Assembly (NCBI GenBank): GCA_001823065.1
Contig: MHTJ01000004.1
Span: forward strand, 37,839 to 101,838
Source: Candidatus Vogelbacteria bacterium RIFOXYD1_FULL_44_32
GTDB lineage: Bacteria > Patescibacteriota > Minisyncoccia > Phycocordibacterales > XYD1-FULL-46-19
Direction: 5' to 3'
DNA length: 64,000 nt
Shown: piece by piece, positions 48,701-57,358 of the stretch
Layout of the letters: every line of letters begins with the position of its first letter
Position numbering within the stretch: position 1 is the stretch's first letter
Translations under genes and position numbers: made by a program
The notes under the pieces: generated by a model
Seen by the model: the letters and a program-made list of their open reading frames with translations, nothing else
Databases searched by the model: none
Told to the model about the DNA's origin: nothing

Positions 48701-48939
48701 CCTGGTTCTTTGTCGTGGCGACTGCGGACAGCGACATAGACCTCGACCCCGATGACGGGATTTAGACCCTCCTTGGTACATTTTTCATAAAACTCAATAA
48801 TCCCGTACATTGTGCCGTGGTCGGTCAGACCGATAGCTGGCATACCCAAACTCTTGGCCTTTTTGACCAAGGCATCAATTTTAGACAGTCCGTCCAAAAG
48901 GGAATAATGACTATGAGTATGTAAGTGGACAAATGACAT
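45742..48939 (-). CDS. dnaE: DNA polymerase III alpha subunit
   Basis: HLHTHSHYSLLDG, RGSVAGS, FERFLNPER..PDIDMD, YGFNKAHS. Confidence 0.97.
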   Translation of the reverse strand: MSFVHLHTHSHYSLLDGLSKIDALVKKAKSLGMPAIGLTDHGTMYGIIEFYEKCTKEGLNPVIGVEVYVAVRSRHDKEPGIDSKRYHLTLLAKDNTGYRNLIKLTTLAHTEGYYYKPRVDKDLLRECADGLICLSGCPGGELAEALAANNLDRGRKVIDEWLSIFGRDNFYLEVMNHKEVENIQNIHAGLETLAKEYDLPYVATWDSHYLDKADAEAQDTLVAINTGAEVGKSGMSMKAGDYSFISPAEAEEIYADWPEAVANTIKIAEKCKVEMTLGKFVFPEFQLPAGETADTQLKKLALAGLANRELASSEEALKRLEYELDIIKFKGYAGYFLVVEDLIRYARENDIYYNIRGSVAGSITTYALDITKINPLEYQIPFERFLNPERPSAPDIDMDFADNRRDEIIEYAKQKYGADKVAQIGTFGTMMARGSVRDVARALSYPYSVGDRLSKMIPMGSQGFPMTIDRALEMVPELKEAYDNENDTKNILDLAKKIEGSARHISVHAAGVVIAPSPLLEYVPIQWDPKGESLITQYDMYSVGEDGVGLTKFDFLGLRNLSILADAVKLVAKIYGHKVDLETIPMDDKTTFAMLARGETEGLFQLNGAGMTRWLKELKPSTIHDINAMVALYRPGPMQFIPDYIARKHNPKLISYLDPALENILKQSYGVLVYQDDLLIMAHDLAGYTWGEVDKFRKAVGKKIPELMAEQREKFIKGCIEHTGWTKDKATEIWTWLEPFAAYGFNKAHSASYGRVAYQTAYMKANFPVAYMCACLTAESGDIDQVAIYVDEGKRMGIKILPPDVNESFGYFTVVAEDDKTIETSRAIRFGLYTIKNFGKDIGDAIVAERKRGGLFKNFTEFLDRINHKNLNKKSLEALIKSGALDSLGEDRGTMLGNMEIALEYAKQTIHSGGQDSLFGAMSDQSSVPAFRLKPYPAIETKERLVWEKELLGLYISGHPLDAFRDKFTRAENTIHHNKHLHDGTTTTIGGIVEEVKVIYTKKGDAMAFVRIADLTDKIETVFFSDRYLNFKDILVPDTCLALKGKINHRNGEPSLLVEAVKVLE

Positions 48940-48957
48940 AGAGGTAAAGGTGGCTTG

Positions 48958-48994
48958 CCCCGTTAGATACGAGCTCGCGAGCTATCTAATGGGG
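48958..48994. repeat. Short REP-like palindrome
   Basis: ccccgttagata...tatctaatgggg. Confidence 0.6.
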
Positions 48995-49043
48995 ACAAAA
49001 GACATTCCGCCTATTATAGCAGAGCCCGTGGTAGAATTTTAGG

Positions 49044-49700
49044 ATGGCAAAAAAGGAGAACATAAAATGGCTAATTGGGGTAGACGAAGCCGGGCGGGGG
49101 CCGGTCGCAGGGCCAGTGACAGTGGGGCTTCTAGCGATAAAATCAAAAAAACTAAATTTTCTAAAAAATAAATTTTTTGCTGGCGGGGTCAGAGATTCTA
49201 AAAAACTGTCAGCCAAAAAGCGGGAAGCAATTTTAGCCGAATTAAATATTTTGCAAAAAGAAGGTTGGCTGAAATTTGTTTGTGCTCATATCGAATCCAA
49301 AAAAATAGATAGCGAGGGTATTAATCAGTCGATAAAAAATGGCATCGTCCAAGTTTTAAATAAGATAAAAATTTCACCCAAAGAGTGTGAAGTTCGCCTC
49401 GATGGTCTTTTAAAGGCACCGGCCGTATTTACCAATCAAACCACTATTATAAAAGGCGATGAAACTGAGGTGGTGATAGCGCTGGCCTCGGTGGTGGCCA
49501 AAGTCAGTCGGGACCAATTGATGGTAAAATTGGCCCTAAAATACCCCGATTATGGTTTGGAGAGACACAAGGGTTATGGCACTAGGTTGCACCTAAAAGC
49601 CCTAAAAAGGCATGGTTTAAGCCCGATTCACCGTCAGACGTATCTTGGTCGGCTAGTTGGTTTGGTCCCGACTGGGGATTTGCATAAAAGAGGTAAATAA
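49044..49700 (+). CDS. rnhB: Ribonuclease HII
   Basis: GVDEAGRGP.AGP, DSKKLS, KGD, ASVVAKV.RD, HKGYGT. Confidence 0.95.
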   Translation: MAKKENIKWLIGVDEAGRGPVAGPVTVGLLAIKSKKLNFLKNKFFAGGVRDSKKLSAKKREAILAELNILQKEGWLKFVCAHIESKKIDSEGINQSIKNGIVQVLNKIKISPKECEVRLDGLLKAPAVFTNQTTIIKGDETEVVIALASVVAKVSRDQLMVKLALKYPDYGLERHKGYGTRLHLKALKRHGLSPIHRQTYLGRLVGLVPTGDLHKRGK

Positions 49701-49715
49701 TATATAGTTTCCGAT

Positions 49716-49952
49716 ATGTCAGTCCGAATGAGACACACTAGGGCCCACACCGGCAATCGCCGGTCACATCACGCGCTTACTACCGCGCGTCTTTCCAAGT
49801 GCACCAAATGTGGCGAGCTTCATCTGCGCCACCGGGCTTGTTTGTCTTGTGGTTCATACCGCGGTAAAGAAGTAGTAGATGTAGTGGCCAAAGCCGAGAA
49901 GAAAAATAAGAAAAGCCAAGCGCGTGCCAAAGTGGCGGGTGGTGTCAAATAG
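49716..49952 (+). CDS. rpmF: 50S ribosomal protein bL32
   Basis: RRSH, CTKCG...HRACLSCGSYRG. Confidence 0.93.
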   Translation: MSVRMRHTRAHTGNRRSHHALTTARLSKCTKCGELHLRHRACLSCGSYRGKEVVDVVAKAEKKNKKSQARAKVAGGVK

Positions 49953-50020
49953 TTTTTAGGTTTTTGGCTGGGGTTGGCAGTAGAGTTTTAATAAGTTTTT
50001 TAAAAACAGATCTTTCCCAT

Positions 50021-50935
50021 ATGGCCAATCGTCATTTATCGAGAAGCGTGGCAATGCAGGCCCTTTTCGAGTGGGATTTTAATGATATTTCAGCGTCTAA
50101 AGCTGATGAGCTAGTTAATCGGGTGATAGCCGACTTTGCCCCGGGTTTAGACAACCCGGGTTTTGCGCGGGAGCTAGTGACAGGGGTGGCCGAAAAGCAA
50201 GACAAGCTTGACGCGATTATTGAAAAGGCCGCCCCCGAGTGGCCACTCCAGCATATTGCGATTGTGGACCGTAATGTCTTGCGTCTGGGTCTCTATGAGC
50301 TTTTATTTGGCGACAAAAAAGAGGTGCCGGCGCGGGTCGCGATCAATGAAGCGATTGAACTCGCCAAAACTTTTGGTGGGGAAAATAGCGGTCGGTTTGT
50401 CAATGGGGTACTGGGGGCAGTTTATAAAGAAATGGGCGAGCCGGGTAAATTTGATGTTCCAGCCAAGAAAAAGCGCCCGAAAGATGTCCCCTATGAAGAA
50501 ATGCCGATTGAAAAGCTGGGTGGGGCGGTGGTTTTTTGTGAACATGACAGTGAAATATATTTAGCACTCGTGCATGATATTTTTGGCTACTGGACCTTGT
50601 CCAAGGGGCATATTGAAGCTGGTTTGGCAGTCGAGGACGGGACGGCCCAAGAGATTTTAGAGGAATTGTCGGTGCCGATTATAATCAAAGATAGTCTAGG
50701 AAAAAATGAATATATCGCGTCGGATCCAGAGAAAGGGAAAATTCGTAAACAGGTCAATTATTTTCTCGCCGAATGTACCGATGAAAATTTTGCCAAGCTA
50801 AAACTAGCCGCGGATAAGGGCGGATTAGATGATTTACGTTGGTTTAAACTGGAGGAAATTGCCGATTTGAAAATGTATGACGACATTTTACCTTTCGTGA
50901 CAAAAGGGATAAAACTTGTTATGGATAGTAGATAA
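50021..50935 (+). CDS. nusB: Transcription antitermination factor NusB fused to a Nudix-like domain
   Basis: RHLSR..AMQALF, VDRNVLR, INEAIELAK.F...FVNGVL; C-terminal GAVV...WTLSKGHIE...EILEEL. Confidence 0.88.
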   Translation: MANRHLSRSVAMQALFEWDFNDISASKADELVNRVIADFAPGLDNPGFARELVTGVAEKQDKLDAIIEKAAPEWPLQHIAIVDRNVLRLGLYELLFGDKKEVPARVAINEAIELAKTFGGENSGRFVNGVLGAVYKEMGEPGKFDVPAKKKRPKDVPYEEMPIEKLGGAVVFCEHDSEIYLALVHDIFGYWTLSKGHIEAGLAVEDGTAQEILEELSVPIIIKDSLGKNEYIASDPEKGKIRKQVNYFLAECTDENFAKLKLAADKGGLDDLRWFKLEEIADLKMYDDILPFVTKGIKLVMDSR

Positions 50936-50940
50936 AAGAT

Positions 50941-51636
50941 ATGAATACAGAACCCCAGAAATTTGCAGAGGCCATTGGTATTGGTTTCACTAATATAGAT
51001 TTTTTGATTCAGGCCTTTACGCATCGGTCTTATTTAAATGAGCATCGGGAAATTAGCCACGACCACAACGAACGGCTCGAGTTTTTGGGTGACGCCGTCC
51101 TCGAGCTAGTGGTCACCAATTTTCTATACAAAACTTTTCCCGGGAAACCCGAGGGCGAGCTGACGGCCTACCGGGCCGCTTTGGTCAACACCACTACTCT
51201 GTCGGATGCGGCCAAAAAACTAGGGATGAATGATTATTTGCTATTGTCCAAAGGGGAAGCCAAAGACACCGGCCGGGCCCGCCAATATATTTTAGCCAAC
51301 ACTTTCGAGGCGGTGATTGGCGCCATTTATCTTGACCAGGGTTATGATGTGGCCACGGACTTTATCACGACCAACTTATTGTATTTGATTAAGGAAATTG
51401 TGGCCAAAAATTTGTGGCAAGATGCCAAAAGTTTTTTTCAAGAAAAGGCGCAGGAGGTAGAGGGGGTGACACCGGCTTATGAAGTATTGAAACAGATTGG
51501 ACCCGACCACAACAAATGCTTTACTGTTGGCGTGTATTTGCGGGACGAACTAGTCGCCGAAGGGGAGGGACACTCGAAACAAGAGGCGGAACAGGAGGCC
51601 GCAAAGGGGGGATTGGAGAAAAAGGGGTGGGGGTAA
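50941..51636 (+). CDS. rnc: Ribonuclease III
   Basis: AFTHRS, NERLEFLGDAVL, dsRBD GPDH...SKQEAEQ. Confidence 0.97.
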   Translation: MNTEPQKFAEAIGIGFTNIDFLIQAFTHRSYLNEHREISHDHNERLEFLGDAVLELVVTNFLYKTFPGKPEGELTAYRAALVNTTTLSDAAKKLGMNDYLLLSKGEAKDTGRARQYILANTFEAVIGAIYLDQGYDVATDFITTNLLYLIKEIVAKNLWQDAKSFFQEKAQEVEGVTPAYEVLKQIGPDHNKCFTVGVYLRDELVAEGEGHSKQEAEQEAAKGGLEKKGWG

Positions 51637-51810
51637 GCACTCGCCTAGCTTCCCTTTCCAAACACAGAAAAAGCCCCAGCGGGCTTTTCCTTCTGCTCCA
51701 GCGGGGCCGTTTGGCCTAGTGCCTACTGGCACAAAATTCTCCAAAGGCCAAAACCCTGCCGGCCGACACCTCCGCAAGGTTTGGAAAGGGAACTAGGCTC
51801 GCTGGGTTGG
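51634..51810 (+). mobile_element. Hairpin element type 1, copy B
   Basis: TAAGCACTC-gcctagcttccctttccaaac...gtttggaaagggaactaggc-TCGCTGGGTTGG; starts in the rnc stop codon. Confidence 0.8.
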
Positions 51811-51842
51811 ATAATAAAGTAGAAGTATAGGTGTTTTTTGTC

Positions 51843-51870
51843 TTGACAGATTATCTGTGCATTCTATAAT
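51843..51870 (+). promoter_or_regulatory. Consensus sigma70 promoter
   Basis: TTGACA-16-TATAAT. Confidence 0.7.
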
Positions 51871-51933
51871 TTTACAAGAATAAAATTCAACCATCCTTGA
51901 GACTTTGTCAAAAGGACGAGAAGGAGAAGATAT

Positions 51934-52179
51934 ATGCATGGGTTCCCGGATGAAGACGACAATGATGTCGTCTTGGTTAGTCACGATCCACTGGTGTATT
52001 TGATAAAACCAGAAGGAGTGACCATTGGTCGATTTGAGGCTTATGAGGCCTTTGCTGGTGCTGTTGGTCGCCTTCGGAAACTTTGCCCGGATGTGAAGTT
52101 TCAATTCATTTCAGCTGGATTTGAGACTATTGAAGGCGCAGACCCGGCTTTGTCGGTCATTATGGCGATTGCGGACTAA
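51934..52179 (+). CDS. Small hypothetical protein
   Basis: GAAGGAG upstream, own promoter, terminator at 52193-52230. Confidence 0.65.
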   Translation: MHGFPDEDDNDVVLVSHDPLVYLIKPEGVTIGRFEAYEAFAGAVGRLRKLCPDVKFQFISAGFETIEGADPALSVIMAIAD

Positions 52180-52280
52180 GTGTCGCTGAATCAGTCGCCG
52201 CAGGTTTTACCTGCGGCGACTTTCTTTTTTATGTTAAAATAATACAGACAAATACAAGCTATACTTTATACTAATTTTCT

Positions 52281-54512
52281 ATGCGTCTCCTTTCCCTTGA
52301 ACTATCTGGTTTCAAGTCGTTTGCTAAAAAGACGACGCTTCTTTTTGAGTCGCAGGTCACTTCGATTGTCGGCCCCAATGGTAGTGGCAAGTCCAATGTG
52401 GCCGAGGCCTTTCGTTGGGTGTTGGGCGAGCAGTCGCTAAAGTCACTGCGGGGTAAGCGGGGCGAGGATTTAATTTTTAATGGCGGTGGCGGCCACAGCC
52501 AGCAAAGCAAAGCCAGTGCCACGGTGGTTTTTGACAATCGTGACAAGCGCCTCGCTTTTGACTTTGACGAAGTAGCTATCACCCGTAGTGTCTATCGTGA
52601 TGGGACCAATGAATATAAAATAAACAATTCGGTCGTGCGTTTGAAAGATGTGCTCGAGCTGTTGTCGGGGGTGTCACTGGGGCCATCGGGACATCATATT
52701 ATTAGTCAGGGTGAAGCGGACCGAATTTTGAACGCGAGCTTGAAAGAAAGGCGCGAGATGATTGAAGAGGCGCTGGGGCTAAAGGCCTATCAGTGGAAAA
52801 TTGAAGAGAGCGAAAGAAAGTTGGCCAAAACGGAAGAAAATATCCGGCAGGTGGAGTCACTGCGGCGGGAAATTGCGCCCCATATTAAATTTCTTAAAAA
52901 ACAGGTAGAAAAAATCGAAAAGATTGATGAATTACGGCGTGATTTAAAAAAGAAATATCTCGACTATTTTATTCGCGAGGATGACTATCTCAAAAGTGAG
53001 CAAGCCGAAATCAATTCTCGACGCGCTAAACCGGAAGCGGAGCTGGCCGGGGTAATAAATAAATTGGCGCAAGTTGAAAATTTGTTAGCCTCACCCGATG
53101 AGGTGACCAAGGACAAGATGCAGGCGCTAGCTACCGCCGACCGAACTTTGCGGGAAATGCAAAGTCAGAAAGATGAATTGGCGCGCTCTTTGGGCCGGTT
53201 GGAGGGGATGATCGAAATTAGGTCTGAGGAAAAGCCTCTTACCGAGGGCGGTCGTAGTGTCCCTTTTGGAGAAATAAAAGATTTCACCGGCCGGCTGGCG
53301 GAGAGTATTGTGCGGGCCGAAGAAGCTGGTGATTTTTCAGTGCTTAAAAATATTTTAGGGCAGATTAAGGTGGAAATAAAAAGTTTTGTTGACCGGTTTC
53401 GCGAGGCACCGGCTGTGCGAGACAACCAAGTGGCTCTCTCGAGTTTAGTGCAGGAAAAAGAAGAAGCGACAAGGGAACTGGGCGAACTGGAAGCGCGTGA
53501 ACTAAATTTGCGGGAGGAAAGAAAAAATATGGCCAGTAGTTTGGAAGCGGGGCGCGAGCGTCTCCACGGGGCCGAGCGGGAACGTTATGAATTGCGGGCC
53601 CAAAAAAGTGAGTGGCAGGCAGTGTTGCACGACTTGTCGGCGCGCGAGCAAACCTTGACCCGCGAGCGGGAAAATTTTACTAAAGAAATAGCTGAAGCCC
53701 GGGTGCTGGTGGACAGCGAAGTGGCAGATTTTCGGCGGTTGGTACCGCTGGTACCGGATATGAATGAAGCGCGTGATGCTCAATATGACCGCTTACGCGA
53801 AATTGAAAAAATCAAAATTCGACTAGAGGATATGGGGGTCGAGACTGGGGATGTGCTCGAAGAATACAAAGAGGTGACCGACCGGGACCTTTTTCTAGAA
53901 AAAGAATTGGTCGATTTACATCAAAGTGCTGATTCGTTGCAGAAAATAATGGCGGAATTAAAAGAAAAACTGACGGTCGAGTTTAAAGAGGGTATCGATA
54001 AGATTAATAAAGAATTTAGTAATTATTTTACCCTCATGTTTGGTGGTGGCACCGCCGAGCTGAAAGTGGTGGCCCAGCCTAAACGTCGTTCGTTGGCGGA
54101 TGAAATACTAGAAGGGACTAATCTCGGCGAGTATGCCGAGACGGCTAAACCTGAAGAGGGTATTGATATTGGCGTATCTTTACCGCGCAAAAAAGTCAAA
54201 GGGCTGGTGATGATGTCGGGTGGGGAAAGAGCGCTGACCTCGATTGCACTCCTTTTTGCAATGTCGCAAGTTAACCCACCACCGTTTATTATTTTAGATG
54301 AAACTGATGCGGCCCTCGATGAAGCCAATTCACGCAAGTATGGCGATATGATAGAACGGCTGGCCAAAGAGTCACAACTGATTTTGATTACGCACAACCG
54401 CGAGACCATGTCGCGAGCTGGCGTTTTGTACGGGGTGACGATGGGCGCCGACGGGGTGTCAAAATTACTCTCAATCAAGTTTGATGAGGCCGCTTCAACT
54501 TTTGCAAAGTAG
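52281..54512 (+). CDS. smc: SMC-family ATPase, short form
   Basis: GFKSF, GPNGSGKSN, IISQG, MSGGER, ILDETDAALD, ITH; 743 aa. Confidence 0.88.
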   Translation: MRLLSLELSGFKSFAKKTTLLFESQVTSIVGPNGSGKSNVAEAFRWVLGEQSLKSLRGKRGEDLIFNGGGGHSQQSKASATVVFDNRDKRLAFDFDEVAITRSVYRDGTNEYKINNSVVRLKDVLELLSGVSLGPSGHHIISQGEADRILNASLKERREMIEEALGLKAYQWKIEESERKLAKTEENIRQVESLRREIAPHIKFLKKQVEKIEKIDELRRDLKKKYLDYFIREDDYLKSEQAEINSRRAKPEAELAGVINKLAQVENLLASPDEVTKDKMQALATADRTLREMQSQKDELARSLGRLEGMIEIRSEEKPLTEGGRSVPFGEIKDFTGRLAESIVRAEEAGDFSVLKNILGQIKVEIKSFVDRFREAPAVRDNQVALSSLVQEKEEATRELGELEARELNLREERKNMASSLEAGRERLHGAERERYELRAQKSEWQAVLHDLSAREQTLTRERENFTKEIAEARVLVDSEVADFRRLVPLVPDMNEARDAQYDRLREIEKIKIRLEDMGVETGDVLEEYKEVTDRDLFLEKELVDLHQSADSLQKIMAELKEKLTVEFKEGIDKINKEFSNYFTLMFGGGTAELKVVAQPKRRSLADEILEGTNLGEYAETAKPEEGIDIGVSLPRKKVKGLVMMSGGERALTSIALLFAMSQVNPPPFIILDETDAALDEANSRKYGDMIERLAKESQLILITHNRETMSRAGVLYGVTMGADGVSKLLSIKFDEAASTFAK

Positions 54513-54688
54513 GGCACTCACCTCACTTCCTTTTCCAAACACATCGCCACACCTCTAGAGGTGTGGCGATTTTGCTCCAGCGGGGCCGTTTGGCCTCGTG
54601 TCTGCTGACACAACAATACCTAAGGCCAAAACCCTGCCGGCCGCCACCTCCGCAAGGTTTGGAAAAGGAAGGAGGTTCGCTGGGCTGG
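54510..54688 (+). mobile_element. Hairpin element type 1, copy C
   Basis: TAGGGCACTC-acctcacttccttttccaaac...gtttggaaaaggaaggaggt-TCGCTGGGCTGG; starts in the smc stop codon. Confidence 0.8.
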
Positions 54689-54810
54689 GGAGGGGAAGGG
54701 GTAAATGGTAAAACTAGGTCAGTGGTGGTAGGATATTTGAGATGGATGAATTGGAAAAAGTTAAACAAAAATTGGCGGAAATATTGGGTAGCGATAAGTG
54801 ATTTAACAAA

Positions 54811-55407
54811 ATGAATACTGAAATCGAAGCCAAGTTTTTAAATATAGACCATGATGATATCCGCCGCCGCCTCACGGCGGCGGGTGCGACTTGTGTTTCC
54901 CCTATGCGTCTTATGCGGCGGGCGATTATCGACTATCCTGACCGGCGTCTGCAGATTGGGCCGCCTAATTCGTACATTCGGGTTCGAGACGAGGGTGACA
55001 AGGTTACCCTGACCTACAAACAGTTCAGTTCCCTGAGTGTGGCTGGTGCCGAAGAGGTGGAGGTAGTTGTTGATTTGTTTGAAGACACGATCAAAGTTTT
55101 TACTTCTATCGGTTTGGAGGTAGTTTCGTTGCAAGAGTCAAAACGCGAGACCTGGGAGTGTGACGGTTGTGAAGTGGTTCTCGACGAGTGGCCGTGGCTT
55201 TCGCCGTATATTGAGATCGAGGGCGATTCGGAAGGGGAGTTAAAAATGCTTGCCGCCAAACTTGCTCTTGATTGGAGTAGTGCGGTTTTTGGTGATGTGA
55301 TGGTGGCCTATCGGGCCGAATACCCGAATCTTATTGCCGACCAGACGGTGGGAAAGTTGCCGGAAGTTAAGTTTGATGTGCCACCACCAGAGTTTATGAA
55401 AAAGTAA
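54811..55407 (+). CDS. CYTH-domain protein
   Basis: N-terminal EIEAK, IRVR...LTYK, KRETW, IEIE. Confidence 0.88.
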   Translation: MNTEIEAKFLNIDHDDIRRRLTAAGATCVSPMRLMRRAIIDYPDRRLQIGPPNSYIRVRDEGDKVTLTYKQFSSLSVAGAEEVEVVVDLFEDTIKVFTSIGLEVVSLQESKRETWECDGCEVVLDEWPWLSPYIEIEGDSEGELKMLAAKLALDWSSAVFGDVMVAYRAEYPNLIADQTVGKLPEVKFDVPPPEFMKK

Positions 55408-55408
55408 A

Positions 55409-55498
55409 ATAGTGGCGGTGGCGCTTATATTTACTTTCGGCTATTGGAAGGGCGAAAAACCGCGCTGGCAGTGGGGCCCACCAAAAGACAAGGAATAA
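55409..55498 (+). pseudogene. Possible 3' remnant of a small membrane-protein gene
   Basis: IVAVALIFTFGYWKGEKPRWQWGPPKDKE* with no clear start. Confidence 0.4.
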
Positions 55499-55545
55499 AC
55501 TAGAATCTTTTCTAATACGTAGTCTACAAAAGCAGACTAAGAACT

Positions 55546-57222
55546 ATGCTAAAAGTTAAGAAAATCAGCAAGAGCTATGGTACAAAAGTCGTGTTCTCCG
55601 ACGTTTCCTTTATCTTGGAGCGTGGGCAGAGAGCGGCTTTAGTTGGTGGTAATGGGGTTGGCAAGACGACCCTGCTTAAAATTGTAGCTGGTTTGAACGA
55701 GGTAGAAAGTGGTCAAGTTGAAGTCAGTCGGGGTACTTGCCTTGGCTACTTGCCTCAAGATACCAGCCTAGCTGGAAATGAGACGATTTGGGACTATCTA
55801 CATCGAGTGACCGGTGTCAAAGCCTTGGAGGAAGAATTGGCCAAGCTTGAGAGTGGTTTGAGTAATAAAACAACAGATGAACAATACGCTCTGCTTCGCG
55901 AGCGCTACGATCATCTTGATGGTTACTCTCTCAAACATCGTGCCGAGGTCATGATGTCAGGTTTTAGTATGGACGATATTGGGCTCGATCGGCCTATATC
56001 TGATCTGTCTAGTGGCCAAAAGAGCAAGGTTGCCTTGATTGGCATCCTACTTGCTAGTGTTGATCTACTCCTACTGGACGAGCCAACGAACAACCTAGAT
56101 CTTCCTGCTCTGATTTGGCTCGAAGATTTCTTGTTGAAGTCTGATGTTGCGTGCATTATTGTATCTCACGACCGGCGCTTTTTGGATCGAGTAACTGACC
56201 GAGTTTTTGAACTTGATCGTCAAACCCATTCGTTGAACGTGAGCAATGGCTCATACAGCGAGTATCTCGAGAGGAAAGCAAAGGATCGAAACCGACAGAA
56301 AGAGCAGTATCGCCAACAACAAGAGGAGATTGGTCGACTTACTGAACAGGCTAGGGAAAAGAAGGAAGCAGCAACTCGCGGTTCTCGCTGGCAAGGAAAG
56401 GACAATGATAAGTTTCTCCGTGGCTTCAAACGGGACAAAGCATCAAAGTCAGGCAAGGTCGCTAAAGTCCTGGAAAAGCGCATTGAGCAGATGGACAAAG
56501 TCGAACGAGTTGTTGATCGTGAACCCTTGTCGATTTTGCTTGAAGCACATAGCAACGGAAGTCCAATGGATATCTTGCTTGATCAAGTCGTCGCTGGTTA
56601 TTCTGGTCGGTTCCAAATAGGACCTATCAGTTTGGCTATTAGTTACGGTAATCGGGTGGGATTTCTTGGACTAAACGGCAGTGGTAAGTCTACAATCTTG
56701 AAGACAATCACTGGTAGCCTAACCCCAATTTCGGGCCAAATATCAATTGGTTCTGGATTGAGAATAGGCAACATGATGCAAGAGCATGAGACTCTTCCTC
56801 GTGATGACACCCTGCTCTCTTTTGTCAAAAGGCGGACGGGACGGATTGACCAGGAAGTTTTTGCTGTATTAGTCAAGTTTGGCTTCGACGAGAAAGGTAT
56901 TCGGGGCAAAATTGCCGAGATCAGTCCTGGGGGGCGGGCTCGACTACTGCTCAGTCTATTCTCCCTGTTGTCGGTCAACGCTTTGGTACTGGATGAACCA
57001 ACAAACCATCTTGACGCAGAAGCAGTTGATGCGCTCGAGGAAGTGCTGTCGGACTATCGGGGAACGGTAATCCTTGTCTCGCACGATCGAGATTTTCTTG
57101 AAAAGGCGAGGATTGATTTCGCTTATCTGGTAGCCGACAACAAGTTGACCAAAGTTGACGACTTTCATCAGTATGTCGCCATGGCCGAACAAAAGGCGCG
57201 CAAGTTGCTTAGAACCATTTAA
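55546..57222 (+). CDS. ABC-F family ATPase (second paralog)
   Basis: GGNGVGKT...LSSGQ...LDEPTNNLD; GLNGSGKS...LDEPTNHLD; long interdomain linker. Confidence 0.93.
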   Translation: MLKVKKISKSYGTKVVFSDVSFILERGQRAALVGGNGVGKTTLLKIVAGLNEVESGQVEVSRGTCLGYLPQDTSLAGNETIWDYLHRVTGVKALEEELAKLESGLSNKTTDEQYALLRERYDHLDGYSLKHRAEVMMSGFSMDDIGLDRPISDLSSGQKSKVALIGILLASVDLLLLDEPTNNLDLPALIWLEDFLLKSDVACIIVSHDRRFLDRVTDRVFELDRQTHSLNVSNGSYSEYLERKAKDRNRQKEQYRQQQEEIGRLTEQAREKKEAATRGSRWQGKDNDKFLRGFKRDKASKSGKVAKVLEKRIEQMDKVERVVDREPLSILLEAHSNGSPMDILLDQVVAGYSGRFQIGPISLAISYGNRVGFLGLNGSGKSTILKTITGSLTPISGQISIGSGLRIGNMMQEHETLPRDDTLLSFVKRRTGRIDQEVFAVLVKFGFDEKGIRGKIAEISPGGRARLLLSLFSLLSVNALVLDEPTNHLDAEAVDALEEVLSDYRGTVILVSHDRDFLEKARIDFAYLVADNKLTKVDDFHQYVAMAEQKARKLLRTI

Positions 57223-57358
57223 CACAGGGTCTGCATGGATTTATTCCAAGCAGGCCCTTTCTTTACCCTTAATAGCTAGTATTTTTTATAAAAATTCCCC
57301 TGACGCGCGAAGCGCGTCAGGAGGTGGGTGGGGGTGGTAGAGAGAAAAGTGGAAGAGG

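Noticed and set aside
42005-54688. Hairpin elements as integron attC sites or CRISPR repeats
   Set aside because: No paired RYYYAAC/GTTRRRY ends, no regular repeat-spacer period, and no intI or cas genes; they follow housekeeping genes
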